Source: Gammaproteobacteria bacterium (lineage in GTDB: Bacteria; Pseudomonadota; Gammaproteobacteria; CAJXQU01). From it: 64,000 bases of DNA. The position numbers and the translations under genes were made by a program. The notes under the pieces were generated by a model. It searched no databases. It was not told the DNA's origin and was given only the letters and a program-made list of their open reading frames with translations. The stretch is from the NCBI GenBank assembly GCA_965238175.1, contig CBDEGZ010000003.1, positions 2,400,001 through 2,464,000 on the forward strand, in the 5' to 3' direction. Below are positions 41,983 through 50,742 of the stretch, piece after piece. Position 1 is the first letter of the stretch. Every line of letters begins with the position of its first letter.

Positions 41983-42552
41983 TTAAAATGTACGCGCTGA
42001 ACAGACGCTAATAATCTCGCAATTCTGTTTGCTGATATTTTCAAAGCGGTGTGGCAATTTACTGGAAAAATAGTAGGCATCGCCTTTTTTTAAAACACGT
42101 GTTTGATTATCAACGGTGATCCGGACTGAACCTTTGATAACGACGCCACTTTCTTCACCTTCATGTTGTAGCATTTCTTTTCCCGTATCACTTTGGGAGG
42201 GGTAGATCTCATGCAGAACGGTAAGCTTGGGATTGGGAAAATGCTGCCCAACCAGAAACATATTTATTGAATCAGTTCCTGTATCAGTAATATTAGGCAA
42301 TTCACTTTTCTTGTAGAACCATGCCGGTTCGTCTGTACCGGTTAGTGGTGAAAAGAAATCAACCATAGAGATAGGGAAGGCATCGAGTATTTTTTTCAAA
42401 GATGCGACTGATGGGCTAACGTTATTTTTCTCGATCATTGAGATCGTCCCGTTGGTCATCTTCGCACGCTTGGCAAGTTCTCGTTGAGAAATTTTAAGCT
42501 TCTGGCGCAGCTCTTTAAGCCTTTTTCCAATATCCATTGATACCTCTGACAA
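41983..42552 (-). CDS. XRE-HTH + cupin transcriptional regulator (PuuR/PauR-like)
   Basis: ISQRELAKRAKMTNGTISMIEKNNVSPSVASLKK and cupin HEGEESG...GDAYYF...PHRF. Confidence 0.88.
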   Translation of the reverse strand: MSEVSMDIGKRLKELRQKLKISQRELAKRAKMTNGTISMIEKNNVSPSVASLKKILDAFPISMVDFFSPLTGTDEPAWFYKKSELPNITDTGTDSINMFLVGQHFPNPKLTVLHEIYPSQSDTGKEMLQHEGEESGVVIKGSVRITVDNQTRVLKKGDAYYFSSKLPHRFENISKQNCEIISVCSARTF

Positions 42553-42624
42553 CTATTATCCTGAGACCATTAATCTTAATCGAAAAGCCATCAAGATAGA
42601 ATAATAATAATTAAATAAACATCT

Positions 42625-42642
42625 TGATTAATATATTAAACA
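42625..42642. promoter_or_regulatory. Candidate PuuR/PauR operator between regulator and ald
   Basis: TGATTAATATATTAAACA, same 18-bp architecture as 41946-41963. Confidence 0.4.
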
Positions 42643-42706
42643 CTATCTATAATATAAACCACAACATGGTCTACTAAAAATTCATTCGAATTGTAGGAGA
42701 AACGCG

Positions 42707-43834
42707 ATGCTTATTGGAGTACCTACTGAAATCAAACCTCATGAGTACAGAGTTGGTTTAACCCCTGCATGTGTTAAAGAAATTTGTATGCAAGGACATG
42801 ATGTGATCGTTCAGTCAGATGCAGGGAATGCTATTGGTTTAACCAACGAGCATTATAAGGGTGCCGGAGCACGAATTGTTGATGTGGATACCGTATTTGA
42901 ACAATCCGATATGGTCATTAAGGTTAAGGAACCTCAATCGCAAGAATGTGCCAAATTAAAGAATGATCAAATCCTCTTTACCTATCTGCATCTGGCTGCT
43001 GATAAGTTACAAACGAGCTTATTGGCAGAATCAGGTTGCACTGCTATTGCCTATGAGACCGTCACGGATCAAAATAACCAATTGCCATTACTTGCACCCA
43101 TGAGTGAAGTTGCAGGTCGGATGTCCATCCAGACAGGTGCTCATTGTCTGGAGCATGTCGTTGGTGGTCGGGGCGTCCTTCTTGGCGGCGTACCAGGCGT
43201 CAAACCTGCAAAAGTTGTGATTATTGGAGGAGGTATTGTTGGTACCAGTGCGATGGAAATGGCTGTCGGTATGCACGCTCATGTCGTGGTACTTGATCGC
43301 GATCTAAAACGTTTAAGAGAACTGGATAGTTTGATGCATGGGCGCATTGAAACTATATTTTCCACAACTGAATCCTTACAAGAACATGTGATTTCAGCTG
43401 ATCTTGTTATTGGCTCAGTGCTATTGCCTGGTGCTGCCGCACCGAAGCTTCTTAGCAAGGAACTTATTAAAGAAATGAAACCCGGCTCTGCGATTGTAGA
43501 CGTGGCTATCGATCAGGGCGGCTGTTCGGAAAACAGCAAACCCACTACCCATTCAGACCCCACGTTTATCATTGATGATGTCGTCCATTATTGTGTGGCT
43601 AATATGCCAGGAGCAGTTGCCCATACCTCCACTTATGCCTTGACCAACGCCACATTACCTTATGTACTACAGATCGCGAATAAAGGTTGGAAATCTGCAA
43701 TGAAAGAACATGTTGGTTTAAGAAATGGTCTGAATGTTCACGCAGGTAAGGTTACTTGCGAGGCCGTAGCAAAGAGTCTTGAATTTGATTACACCTCACC
43801 AGATGAGGTTTTAGATTTGCCTCAGCTTGCATAA
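42707..43834 (+). CDS. ald: Alanine dehydrogenase
   Basis: IGVPTEIK..EYRV, KVKEP, FTYLHLA, PMSEVAGR, DVAIDQGG, HYCVANMPGAV. Confidence 0.96.
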   Translation: MLIGVPTEIKPHEYRVGLTPACVKEICMQGHDVIVQSDAGNAIGLTNEHYKGAGARIVDVDTVFEQSDMVIKVKEPQSQECAKLKNDQILFTYLHLAADKLQTSLLAESGCTAIAYETVTDQNNQLPLLAPMSEVAGRMSIQTGAHCLEHVVGGRGVLLGGVPGVKPAKVVIIGGGIVGTSAMEMAVGMHAHVVVLDRDLKRLRELDSLMHGRIETIFSTTESLQEHVISADLVIGSVLLPGAAAPKLLSKELIKEMKPGSAIVDVAIDQGGCSENSKPTTHSDPTFIIDDVVHYCVANMPGAVAHTSTYALTNATLPYVLQIANKGWKSAMKEHVGLRNGLNVHAGKVTCEAVAKSLEFDYTSPDEVLDLPQLA

Positions 43835-43840
43835 ATACAA

Positions 43841-45211
43841 GTGACCGAAAATGACAATCAAAAAACAGAGGGTAATCTTTTGACAATCAATAATACCCAA
43901 CAGGGTCAACTTCCAAGCTATTGGATGCCATTTAGCGCAAACCGTAAATTTAATGCTGATCCAATCATGTTCGTCGGTGCCAAAGGAATGTACTTCACCC
44001 GTGATAACGGTGCGAAAGTGCTTGATGGAATTGCCGGTCTTTGGTGTACCGCCTGTGGTCATGGTCGGCCAGAAATTACAGATGCTGTACAAAAACAGCT
44101 GACCGAAATGGACTATTCAACGCCATTTCAGATCAGCCACCCACAAGCTTTCGAATTTGCAACAAGACTGTGTGAAAAAGCACCCGAAGGACTTGAGCGA
44201 GTCTTCTATTCTAACTCTGGGTCAGAAGCAATGGACACGGCTCTGAAAATTGTGCTGGGTTATCACGCCGCTCGGGGAGAAGGGCAAAGAACCCGACTAA
44301 TCGGACGTGAAAAAAGTTATCACGGTGTAGGCTTTGGAGGTATTTCCATTGGTGGGATCGACAATAATCGCAAGGGCTTTGGCCCACTTCTTTCGGGAGT
44401 AGATCACCTGCCGCATACACTTAATCAAGATCACAATACCTTTTGCCGTGGATTACCGCCATGGGGCGAACACCTCGCCGATGATCTTGAGCGTATTATC
44501 AACTTGCACGGTGCCGAGACAATCGCGGCAGTCATTGTTGAACCAGTATCCGGTGCTGGTGGCGTGATTATACCTGCACCGGGGTATTTACAAAAACTTC
44601 GGGAAACCTGTACTCAGAATGGGATCCTGCTTATTTTTGATGAAGTGATTACCGGCTTCGGCCGTCTGGGGCACCCTTTTGCAGGGGACTTTTTTGGTGT
44701 CACACCAGATATCCTGACCACGGCGAAGGCGCTGACTAACGCGACCATTCCGATGGGCGCAACACTGCTAACAAGCAAGATCCAGGATGCTTTTTTACAA
44801 GGTCCAGAAAATTTACCCGAATTTTTCCATGGTTATACCTATTCTGGTCACCCGGTCTCAATAGCTGCGGCAAATGCAACTCAAGATATTTTTGACACAG
44901 AAAACTTATGGACCAGAGTGCAACAGATTGGGCCTGTCTATGAAGAAAAGATTCACGCTTTACGTGAGGATCCTTATGTCAAAGATATTCGTAATATAGG
45001 CTTAATGGGTGCTGTTGATCTAGAAAGTAGTGAGAAAGGCATCGGTGTACGAGCTAACAAGGTTTTTAAGGCATGCCTCGAACGCGGCATCCTCGTTCGT
45101 CCCATCGGAGATAGCATTATTACCGCACCTCCACTGGTAATAACGGAAGAGCAAATAGACGAAACCTTCGGTGTATTATCTGAAGTATTAAATTCTCAAG
45201 AAATTCAGTAA
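43841..45211 (+). CDS. Omega-amino acid (beta-alanine):pyruvate aminotransferase, class III
   Basis: YWMPFSANR, GLWC, NSGSE, YHG, FDEVITGFGR, AK, HGYTYSGHP; BauA-like. Confidence 0.88.
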   Translation: MTENDNQKTEGNLLTINNTQQGQLPSYWMPFSANRKFNADPIMFVGAKGMYFTRDNGAKVLDGIAGLWCTACGHGRPEITDAVQKQLTEMDYSTPFQISHPQAFEFATRLCEKAPEGLERVFYSNSGSEAMDTALKIVLGYHAARGEGQRTRLIGREKSYHGVGFGGISIGGIDNNRKGFGPLLSGVDHLPHTLNQDHNTFCRGLPPWGEHLADDLERIINLHGAETIAAVIVEPVSGAGGVIIPAPGYLQKLRETCTQNGILLIFDEVITGFGRLGHPFAGDFFGVTPDILTTAKALTNATIPMGATLLTSKIQDAFLQGPENLPEFFHGYTYSGHPVSIAAANATQDIFDTENLWTRVQQIGPVYEEKIHALREDPYVKDIRNIGLMGAVDLESSEKGIGVRANKVFKACLERGILVRPIGDSIITAPPLVITEEQIDETFGVLSEVLNSQEIQ

Positions 45212-45487
45212 TGACAACAAATAGACTAAAGGCTGATGCTATTCTTCAACTAGATAATGAACGAACTATAATTTAATCCGGGAGCGGAAACAGGCTGGCA
45301 CAAGCACAAGTATGATTACATTGTCGTTCCAAATATTAAAGGCAATCTTCTCCTTGAAACTAGCGATGGTGAAAGTATTGCAATGCTTGAGGCAGGCCAA
45401 GCTTATTATAGACCTGCAGGTATAGAACATAATGTAATCAATGTGAATGATTATTCATTTTCTTTTGTGGAAATAGAGTTGAAATAA
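45211..45487 (+). pseudogene. bauB: BauB-like cupin, frameshifted
   Basis: Not in the ORF track. MTTNRLKADAILQLDNERTII-stop(45274-6); the next frame continues FNPGAETGWHKHKYDYIVVP...GQAYYRPAGIEHNVIN...FVEIELK. Confidence 0.82.
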
Positions 45488-45553
45488 AAAATTAACAAAG
45501 TGTTCGTTCAGACTATATACCAATCAGGTCAAAAAGAACATCAGAGAGGCTAG

Positions 45554-46288
45554 ATGACAATGACAATAGCAATCAACTGCGATATGGGTGAGAGTTTTGG
45601 TCTCTACAAGATGGGAGATGATGAAGGCATCATGCCCTATGTGACAGAGGCCAATATTGCTTGTGGTTTTCATGGTTCAGACCCTAACCATATGAAAAAA
45701 ACGGTTGCGTTAGCAAAACAATCCGGTGTAAAAATCGGTGCTCACTTTTCCTTGCCTGATCTGGCTGGCTTCGGTAGGAGAGAAATGAAAATCGATCATG
45801 AGGAAATGGCCAATATTATTCTTTATCAGGTAGGTGCTTTAAAAGGGTTTCTTGATATGGCCGGCATACCACTAAATCATCTCAAACCCCATGGCGCACT
45901 CTATGGCATGGCCGCTCGTGAAGAACATATCGCGGAGGCAATTGCCGATATCGCCGTGCATTATCAAGTGCCCGTTTTCGGTCTTGCAGGTACCTTGCAC
46001 GAAGAGGTCTATACCGCACGAGGGATTGAGTTTCGAGCCGAGTTTTTTGCAGATCTGGATTATGACAATCAAGGCAACTTGGTGATCACACGCGAACATA
46101 AAGCCGTTCCACCAGCACAAGCAGCACAACGCTCAGTTCGTGCGGTTACCGACAATTTGGTTCAAAGCCTGGACGGTAGCGATGTCGCGGTGCGCGCCGA
46201 AACTATCTGTGTACATTCTGATACTCCCGAATCTGTGGAAATCGCACGCGCAGTACATACCGCTTTAACGCCGTATCTGTTCGCGTAA
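45554..46288 (+). CDS. pxpA: LamB/YcsF (5-oxoprolinase subunit A-like)
   Basis: NCDMGESFG, ANIACGFH..DP, KPHGALY, TICVHSD. Confidence 0.88.
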   Translation: MTMTIAINCDMGESFGLYKMGDDEGIMPYVTEANIACGFHGSDPNHMKKTVALAKQSGVKIGAHFSLPDLAGFGRREMKIDHEEMANIILYQVGALKGFLDMAGIPLNHLKPHGALYGMAAREEHIAEAIADIAVHYQVPVFGLAGTLHEEVYTARGIEFRAEFFADLDYDNQGNLVITREHKAVPPAQAAQRSVRAVTDNLVQSLDGSDVAVRAETICVHSDTPESVEIARAVHTALTPYLFA

Positions 46289-46322
46289 CTTTATAATTGG
46301 TATTAAAACAAAGGAGAACCCT

Positions 46323-46565
46323 ATGGCTAAGTCAGAAATTCGCTCCCCATTACCAGGCACCTTTTATCATCGTTCTGCCCCTGATCAACCTCCATTTATG
46401 GAACCAGGTAAACAAGTAATGGTAGGTGACACCCTCGGTTTGATCGAGGTCATGAAATCATTTCATCCTGTCGCTGCTGAGGTCGATGGCGTATTTACGG
46501 CTTATCTCGTCAACAGTGATGAAGCCGTTATGCCAGGACAGGTTTTGCTGGAAATCGAAAGCTAA
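46323..46565 (+). CDS. Stand-alone biotin carboxyl carrier protein
   Basis: IRSPLPGTFY...IEVMKS biotinylation motif. Confidence 0.9.
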   Translation: MAKSEIRSPLPGTFYHRSAPDQPPFMEPGKQVMVGDTLGLIEVMKSFHPVAAEVDGVFTAYLVNSDEAVMPGQVLLEIES

Positions 46566-46583
46566 AAAAGGATAATTTAAAAG

Positions 46584-47972
46584 ATGCCAATCAATAAGCT
46601 ACTTATTGCAAATCGAGGGGAAATTGCCATACGCATCATCCGGGCCGCTCGTGACTTAGGAATCAAGACTATTCAGGTATACAGTTCAGCGGATGCAGAT
46701 TCCCTGGCTGTTCAATTGGCTGATGAAGCGATTGAGATCGGTCCACCTCAAGCGGCAAAATCTTATCTTGATAGTGCCGCTATACTTGCTGCTGCTAAAA
46801 AAATGAGGGCTGATGCTGTTCACCCTGGGTACGGTTTTCTTGCTGAGAATGCAGATTTCGCGGATGCAATTGAAGCTGCTGGCATGCACTTTGTTGGACC
46901 CAATGGCAAAACTATTCGACTGATGGGGGATAAGGCTGCGGCACGTCAAGCAGCAAAAGATTCAGGCGTACCGACGGTACCAGGAAGCAATGGCTTGTTT
47001 GAAAATCTTGATGAAGCACTTTCGCTTGCTGTCTCCATTGGTTTTCCTGTCATGGTCAAAGCAACCGCAGGCGGTGGTGGGCGTGGCATCAGGATCATAA
47101 ACGATGAATCTGAATTTATGGAATTAGCACCACAGGCAGCCGCTGAGGCAAAAGCAGCATTCGGCGATGGTGGTCTTTATCTTGAAAAACTAATCACAGG
47201 CGCTCGCCATATCGAAGTACAAATCCTCGGTGATGGCAATCGAGTGATTCACTGTTTTGAACGTGAATGCTCAATACAACGACGCAGACAAAAAATCTGG
47301 GAAGAAGCACCCGCAGCCCCCTTATCGCAAGCAACGCGTGACAAGCTTTACGCCTCCTCGGTAGCACTGGCAGAATCGGTTGATTATCGAGGTGTCGGTA
47401 CGGTCGAATATCTTTACGATGATAATACTAATGAATTTTACTTCATTGAAATGAACACCCGAATTCAGGTTGAACACCCTGTGACCGAATATATTACTGG
47501 AATCGATCTGGTGGCAGAAATGATCAAAATCTGTGGTGGCGAACCACTGTCACTACAACAATCTGATCTTGCGATTAGAGGGCATGCTATTGAAGTACGT
47601 ATTAATGCTGAAGATCCATCGAATAACTTCATGCCTTTTCCAGGCCTTGTGGGCGAATTCCGTGCCCCTGATGGCCCCGGTATTCGCTTCGATCATATGC
47701 TTTTTAGCGGTTATCAAATACCGCCATTTTATGATTCTTTGTTGGGTAAACTTGTTGTTTGGGCCAACACGCGCGAACAGGCTATTCTCAGACTCAAACG
47801 CGCCTTTACTGAACTGCATATCAGCGGCCTGAAGACGACACTGCCTCTGTTTCTGGCATTAGCTGAGGATCAAGATGTGCTCTCAGGACAAGTACACACG
47901 AACTGGCTGGAACCCTGGTTAGAAGAACATCAGAGCAAACTGGTCAATCTGGAAGGAAAAAACATATTATGA
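46584..47972 (+). CDS. Biotin carboxylase (AccC-like)
   Basis: ANRGEIA, HPGYGFLAEN, GGGGRG, RECSIQRR, EMNTRIQVEHPVTE. Confidence 0.94.
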   Translation: MPINKLLIANRGEIAIRIIRAARDLGIKTIQVYSSADADSLAVQLADEAIEIGPPQAAKSYLDSAAILAAAKKMRADAVHPGYGFLAENADFADAIEAAGMHFVGPNGKTIRLMGDKAAARQAAKDSGVPTVPGSNGLFENLDEALSLAVSIGFPVMVKATAGGGGRGIRIINDESEFMELAPQAAAEAKAAFGDGGLYLEKLITGARHIEVQILGDGNRVIHCFERECSIQRRRQKIWEEAPAAPLSQATRDKLYASSVALAESVDYRGVGTVEYLYDDNTNEFYFIEMNTRIQVEHPVTEYITGIDLVAEMIKICGGEPLSLQQSDLAIRGHAIEVRINAEDPSNNFMPFPGLVGEFRAPDGPGIRFDHMLFSGYQIPPFYDSLLGKLVVWANTREQAILRLKRAFTELHISGLKTTLPLFLALAEDQDVLSGQVHTNWLEPWLEEHQSKLVNLEGKNIL

Positions 47973-48844
47973 GTGCGAGATATTCTTTTGGTGGTGACGA
48001 ACATATTTTTGTTGAAGTTAGTGAAGAGATGGCACTGGAAGCTTTTTTTAAAGGCTTATCCATGACAAACGCCATTCGCGATGCTGCAATCACAGGTGTC
48101 ACTGAAATCTGTGCGGCGAACGCTTCATTTCAGGTCAAATTCGATCCTGATCTGATCCACCCCGATGAAATGATGGACACAATAAAACGTTTCGAGGAAG
48201 CTGCTGATCAGTCTGATGCCGTGTTAAACACCCGTATCATTGAGATCCCCGTTTATTATCAGGATCCCTGGACTCATGAAACACAAATGAGATTCAGAGA
48301 ACGCCACCAGACACCTGAATCTACCGATATAGAATTCGCCGCTGATGCCAATGGCTACAAAACAGTCGATGATTTTATCGAAGCACATTCAGGCTCGCCC
48401 TGGTTCGTATCAATGGTCGGTTTTGTTGCAGGCCTGCCATTTCTTTATCAAATGGTCGATAGGCCTCGCCAGATCCAGGTACCCAAATATTTGAGACCAC
48501 GTACCGATACACCGAAATTAACGATTGGCTATGGCGGTTGCTTCACTTGTATTTATTCCGTGCGTGGCGCTGGCGGTTATCAAATGTTCGGTATCACACC
48601 CATGCCAATTTATGATCCACAACAAAAGATAAGCTACCTGAAAGATTTTATGGTGTTCTTTAGACCTGGTGATATTGTCAAATGGAAACCTATCGATCGC
48701 AGCACGTACGAACAGATGGTTGTGGATGTCGAAGCAGGTAAATTCCAGCCTCTAATACGTGAAGTTGTATTTTCACTAAAAGACTACAACAAAGATATTG
48801 ATGGAACCAACACAAAACTTAAGGAGGCGCTCTATGCCGATTAA
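47969..48844 (+). CDS. Carboxyltransferase subunit, PxpB/allophanate hydrolase subunit 1-like
   Basis: IEIPVYY, MVGFVAGLP, PRTDTP, GAGGYQMFG, PGDIVK. Confidence 0.82.
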   Translation: MSARYSFGGDEHIFVEVSEEMALEAFFKGLSMTNAIRDAAITGVTEICAANASFQVKFDPDLIHPDEMMDTIKRFEEAADQSDAVLNTRIIEIPVYYQDPWTHETQMRFRERHQTPESTDIEFAADANGYKTVDDFIEAHSGSPWFVSMVGFVAGLPFLYQMVDRPRQIQVPKYLRPRTDTPKLTIGYGGCFTCIYSVRGAGGYQMFGITPMPIYDPQQKISYLKDFMVFFRPGDIVKWKPIDRSTYEQMVVDVEAGKFQPLIREVVFSLKDYNKDIDGTNTKLKEALYAD

Positions 48845-49805
48845 TGTCAACAGTCCAGGACTCGCAACCACAATCCAGGATCTGGGGCGTCCCGGTTATT
48901 ATCATTTGGGGATACCAATGGGGGGGGCTATGGACAGACTGGCAATGCGCGCGGCTAACTTACTGGTAGGGAATAGCGAAGACGCTGCCGGTCTGGAAGT
49001 CGTGTTTATGGGGCCAGAACTGGAATTCACTGAGGAAGCCATCGTCGCTGTCACTGGTGCCGAATTGCCACCTAAGCTTGATGGTGAATCTCTTGAGACA
49101 TGGACTTCATTCAAGATCAAAGCGGGACAAGTTCTGTCTTTTGATTATTTACGCGAAGGTGCACGGGCCTATATTGCAATCTCTGGCGGCATTGCAACAC
49201 CAAAAGCGCTCGGTAACCGCTCAACCTATACTATTGGTGCACTGGGAGGTATTGATGGCCGAGCTATTCAGAAGGATGACACCTTACCCCTTGGTTCACA
49301 AAAAACTGCTATTGAGGGGCAAAACCTGCCTCAACATTTACAGCGCAAACCTGGTAACCCGGCGGAACTACGGGTGCTGCCTGGCCTTTATTGGCATCGC
49401 CTGACTGAAGAAGCACAAGAAACGTTTTTTGATGATAGCTGGAAAGTGGCATCTGAAGCTGATCGCATGGGTTATCGCTTTCAAGGTGGCCAGGCACTGA
49501 GCTTTGTTGAGCGCGAAGCACCGTTTGGAGCAGGCTCTGATCCTTCCAATATCACAGATGCTGGTTATCCTTACGGTTCTATACAAGTGCCCAGTGGTGC
49601 TGAACCAATTGTCTTGCATCGTGATGCGGTCTCGGGTGGCGGCTACTTTATGCTAGGCACTATTATTTCAGCAGACATGGATCTGATCGGTCAACTACAA
49701 CCAAATACCGAAACACGCTTCATCAAGGTCAACATGCAAACGGCAATGGAAGCCAGACGTGAACGCAAGGCAACACTGGGTGAGATCCGCATGGCACTTG
49801 CCTGA
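48834..49805 (+). CDS. Carboxyltransferase subunit, PxpC/allophanate hydrolase subunit 2-like
   Basis: TTIQDLGRPG...GGAMD, ANLLVGN, GARAY, DRMGYR, GSIQVP, GGGY; ATG at 48834 after aaggagg RBS. Confidence 0.85.
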   Translation: MPINVNSPGLATTIQDLGRPGYYHLGIPMGGAMDRLAMRAANLLVGNSEDAAGLEVVFMGPELEFTEEAIVAVTGAELPPKLDGESLETWTSFKIKAGQVLSFDYLREGARAYIAISGGIATPKALGNRSTYTIGALGGIDGRAIQKDDTLPLGSQKTAIEGQNLPQHLQRKPGNPAELRVLPGLYWHRLTEEAQETFFDDSWKVASEADRMGYRFQGGQALSFVEREAPFGAGSDPSNITDAGYPYGSIQVPSGAEPIVLHRDAVSGGGYFMLGTIISADMDLIGQLQPNTETRFIKVNMQTAMEARRERKATLGEIRMALA

Positions 49806-49996
49806 CCACCCTCCAGCATATTGGCATTAATACCAAGTCTTTTGACAACTTCTGAACGATTATAGTGTTGTTCTTTTATCAAACTCTCTGCATCCAGTTT
49901 GAATTTTTTCGAATACTTCTTGCGTACTGCCATTTTATTTCCTCAGTTAAGTAAATTATCCTTAACTAAGTTGTACTAATCATTTAAGCCACTTTA
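49806..49996 (-). mobile_element. IS3-family remnant (5' end and truncated OrfA)
   Basis: MAVRKKYSKKFKLDA...VVKRLGINANML (ATG 49933) resembles IS3 OrfA HTH; cut off at the pxpC-like stop; no OrfB. Confidence 0.7.
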
Positions 49997-50052
49997 AACC
50001 TCTTGCTCGCTACAAGCTGTATTCACATTATTAAAGACACATACGTGCCAGA

Positions 50053-50388
50053 TTATTTTTCTTTCTTCTTTTTTTTCTTCTTTTTCTTTTCTTCTTCAGG
50101 AGCTCTAATCATAGCGCAATGGACTTCTTCTTCACTTAAAGCTCTGACAATTTTACCTGCGACTTGTGGTAGTACTGTCGTACACCTGAATGTTCCATCG
50201 TAGGTAACAATGGTTGTGATCAAGTCATTGTTACTTGTGCTAAATGTACTGGTCGTTATATGTAAAATTCTATCCTGGTACTTTTGTAAAATATCAGCTT
50301 CAGTTAGATCGCTTTCGACCCAACTCGCTGCGCCAAAAGCATTGCAGACCACCATGCTTAAAAAAATGCTATATATTGATTTTTTCAA
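50053..50388 (-). CDS. Small secreted hypothetical protein with poly-Lys tail
   Basis: Signal-peptide-like N-terminus, two Cys in the mature part, C-terminal EEEKKKKKKKKKEK. Confidence 0.55.
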   Translation of the reverse strand: MKKSIYSIFLSMVVCNAFGAASWVESDLTEADILQKYQDRILHITTSTFSTSNNDLITTIVTYDGTFRCTTVLPQVAGKIVRALSEEEVHCAMIRAPEEEKKKKKKKKKEK

Positions 50389-50742
50389 TTTTCTTTAACC
50401 TCGTGTGACAATTACATTTTTAAAACTGCGTGTGAAATGAGACGTATGGATTGAAATATACCTGTGCCTTTTGCACATCCCGTGGGAACCTGTTTTGGCC
50501 AGGATAATACTTGAGCAAATTTTTATGTTCTGTATGTTGTATTCTCTTCGACATTAAAAATTCTTATTGATTTTCCTTTGGCTAATTTTCAGATTATTCC
50601 TGTACCATTTGGTACTACATGACTCACAACAGAATCTACTAGATCATTTACTAACCCAGTATCGGACTTACACCACACACTCTGTTAGACACTTCGATTA
50701 GCTCCTCAAGTTCAGGCCTTGAATAATGTGATGTTATCGACA

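Noticed and set aside
46323-47972. accB/accC of fatty-acid synthesis
   Set aside because: The BCCP is a minimal 80-aa domain embedded among pxpA/B/C-like genes; context points to a catabolic carboxylase
49691-49933. 80-aa ORF as an intact gene
   Set aside because: Only the first ~42 codons are IS3 OrfA-like; the rest is read-through into the antisense strand of the pxpC-like gene
50003-50203. Plus-strand poly-Phe ORF
   Set aside because: Antisense of the poly-Lys tail of 50053-50388
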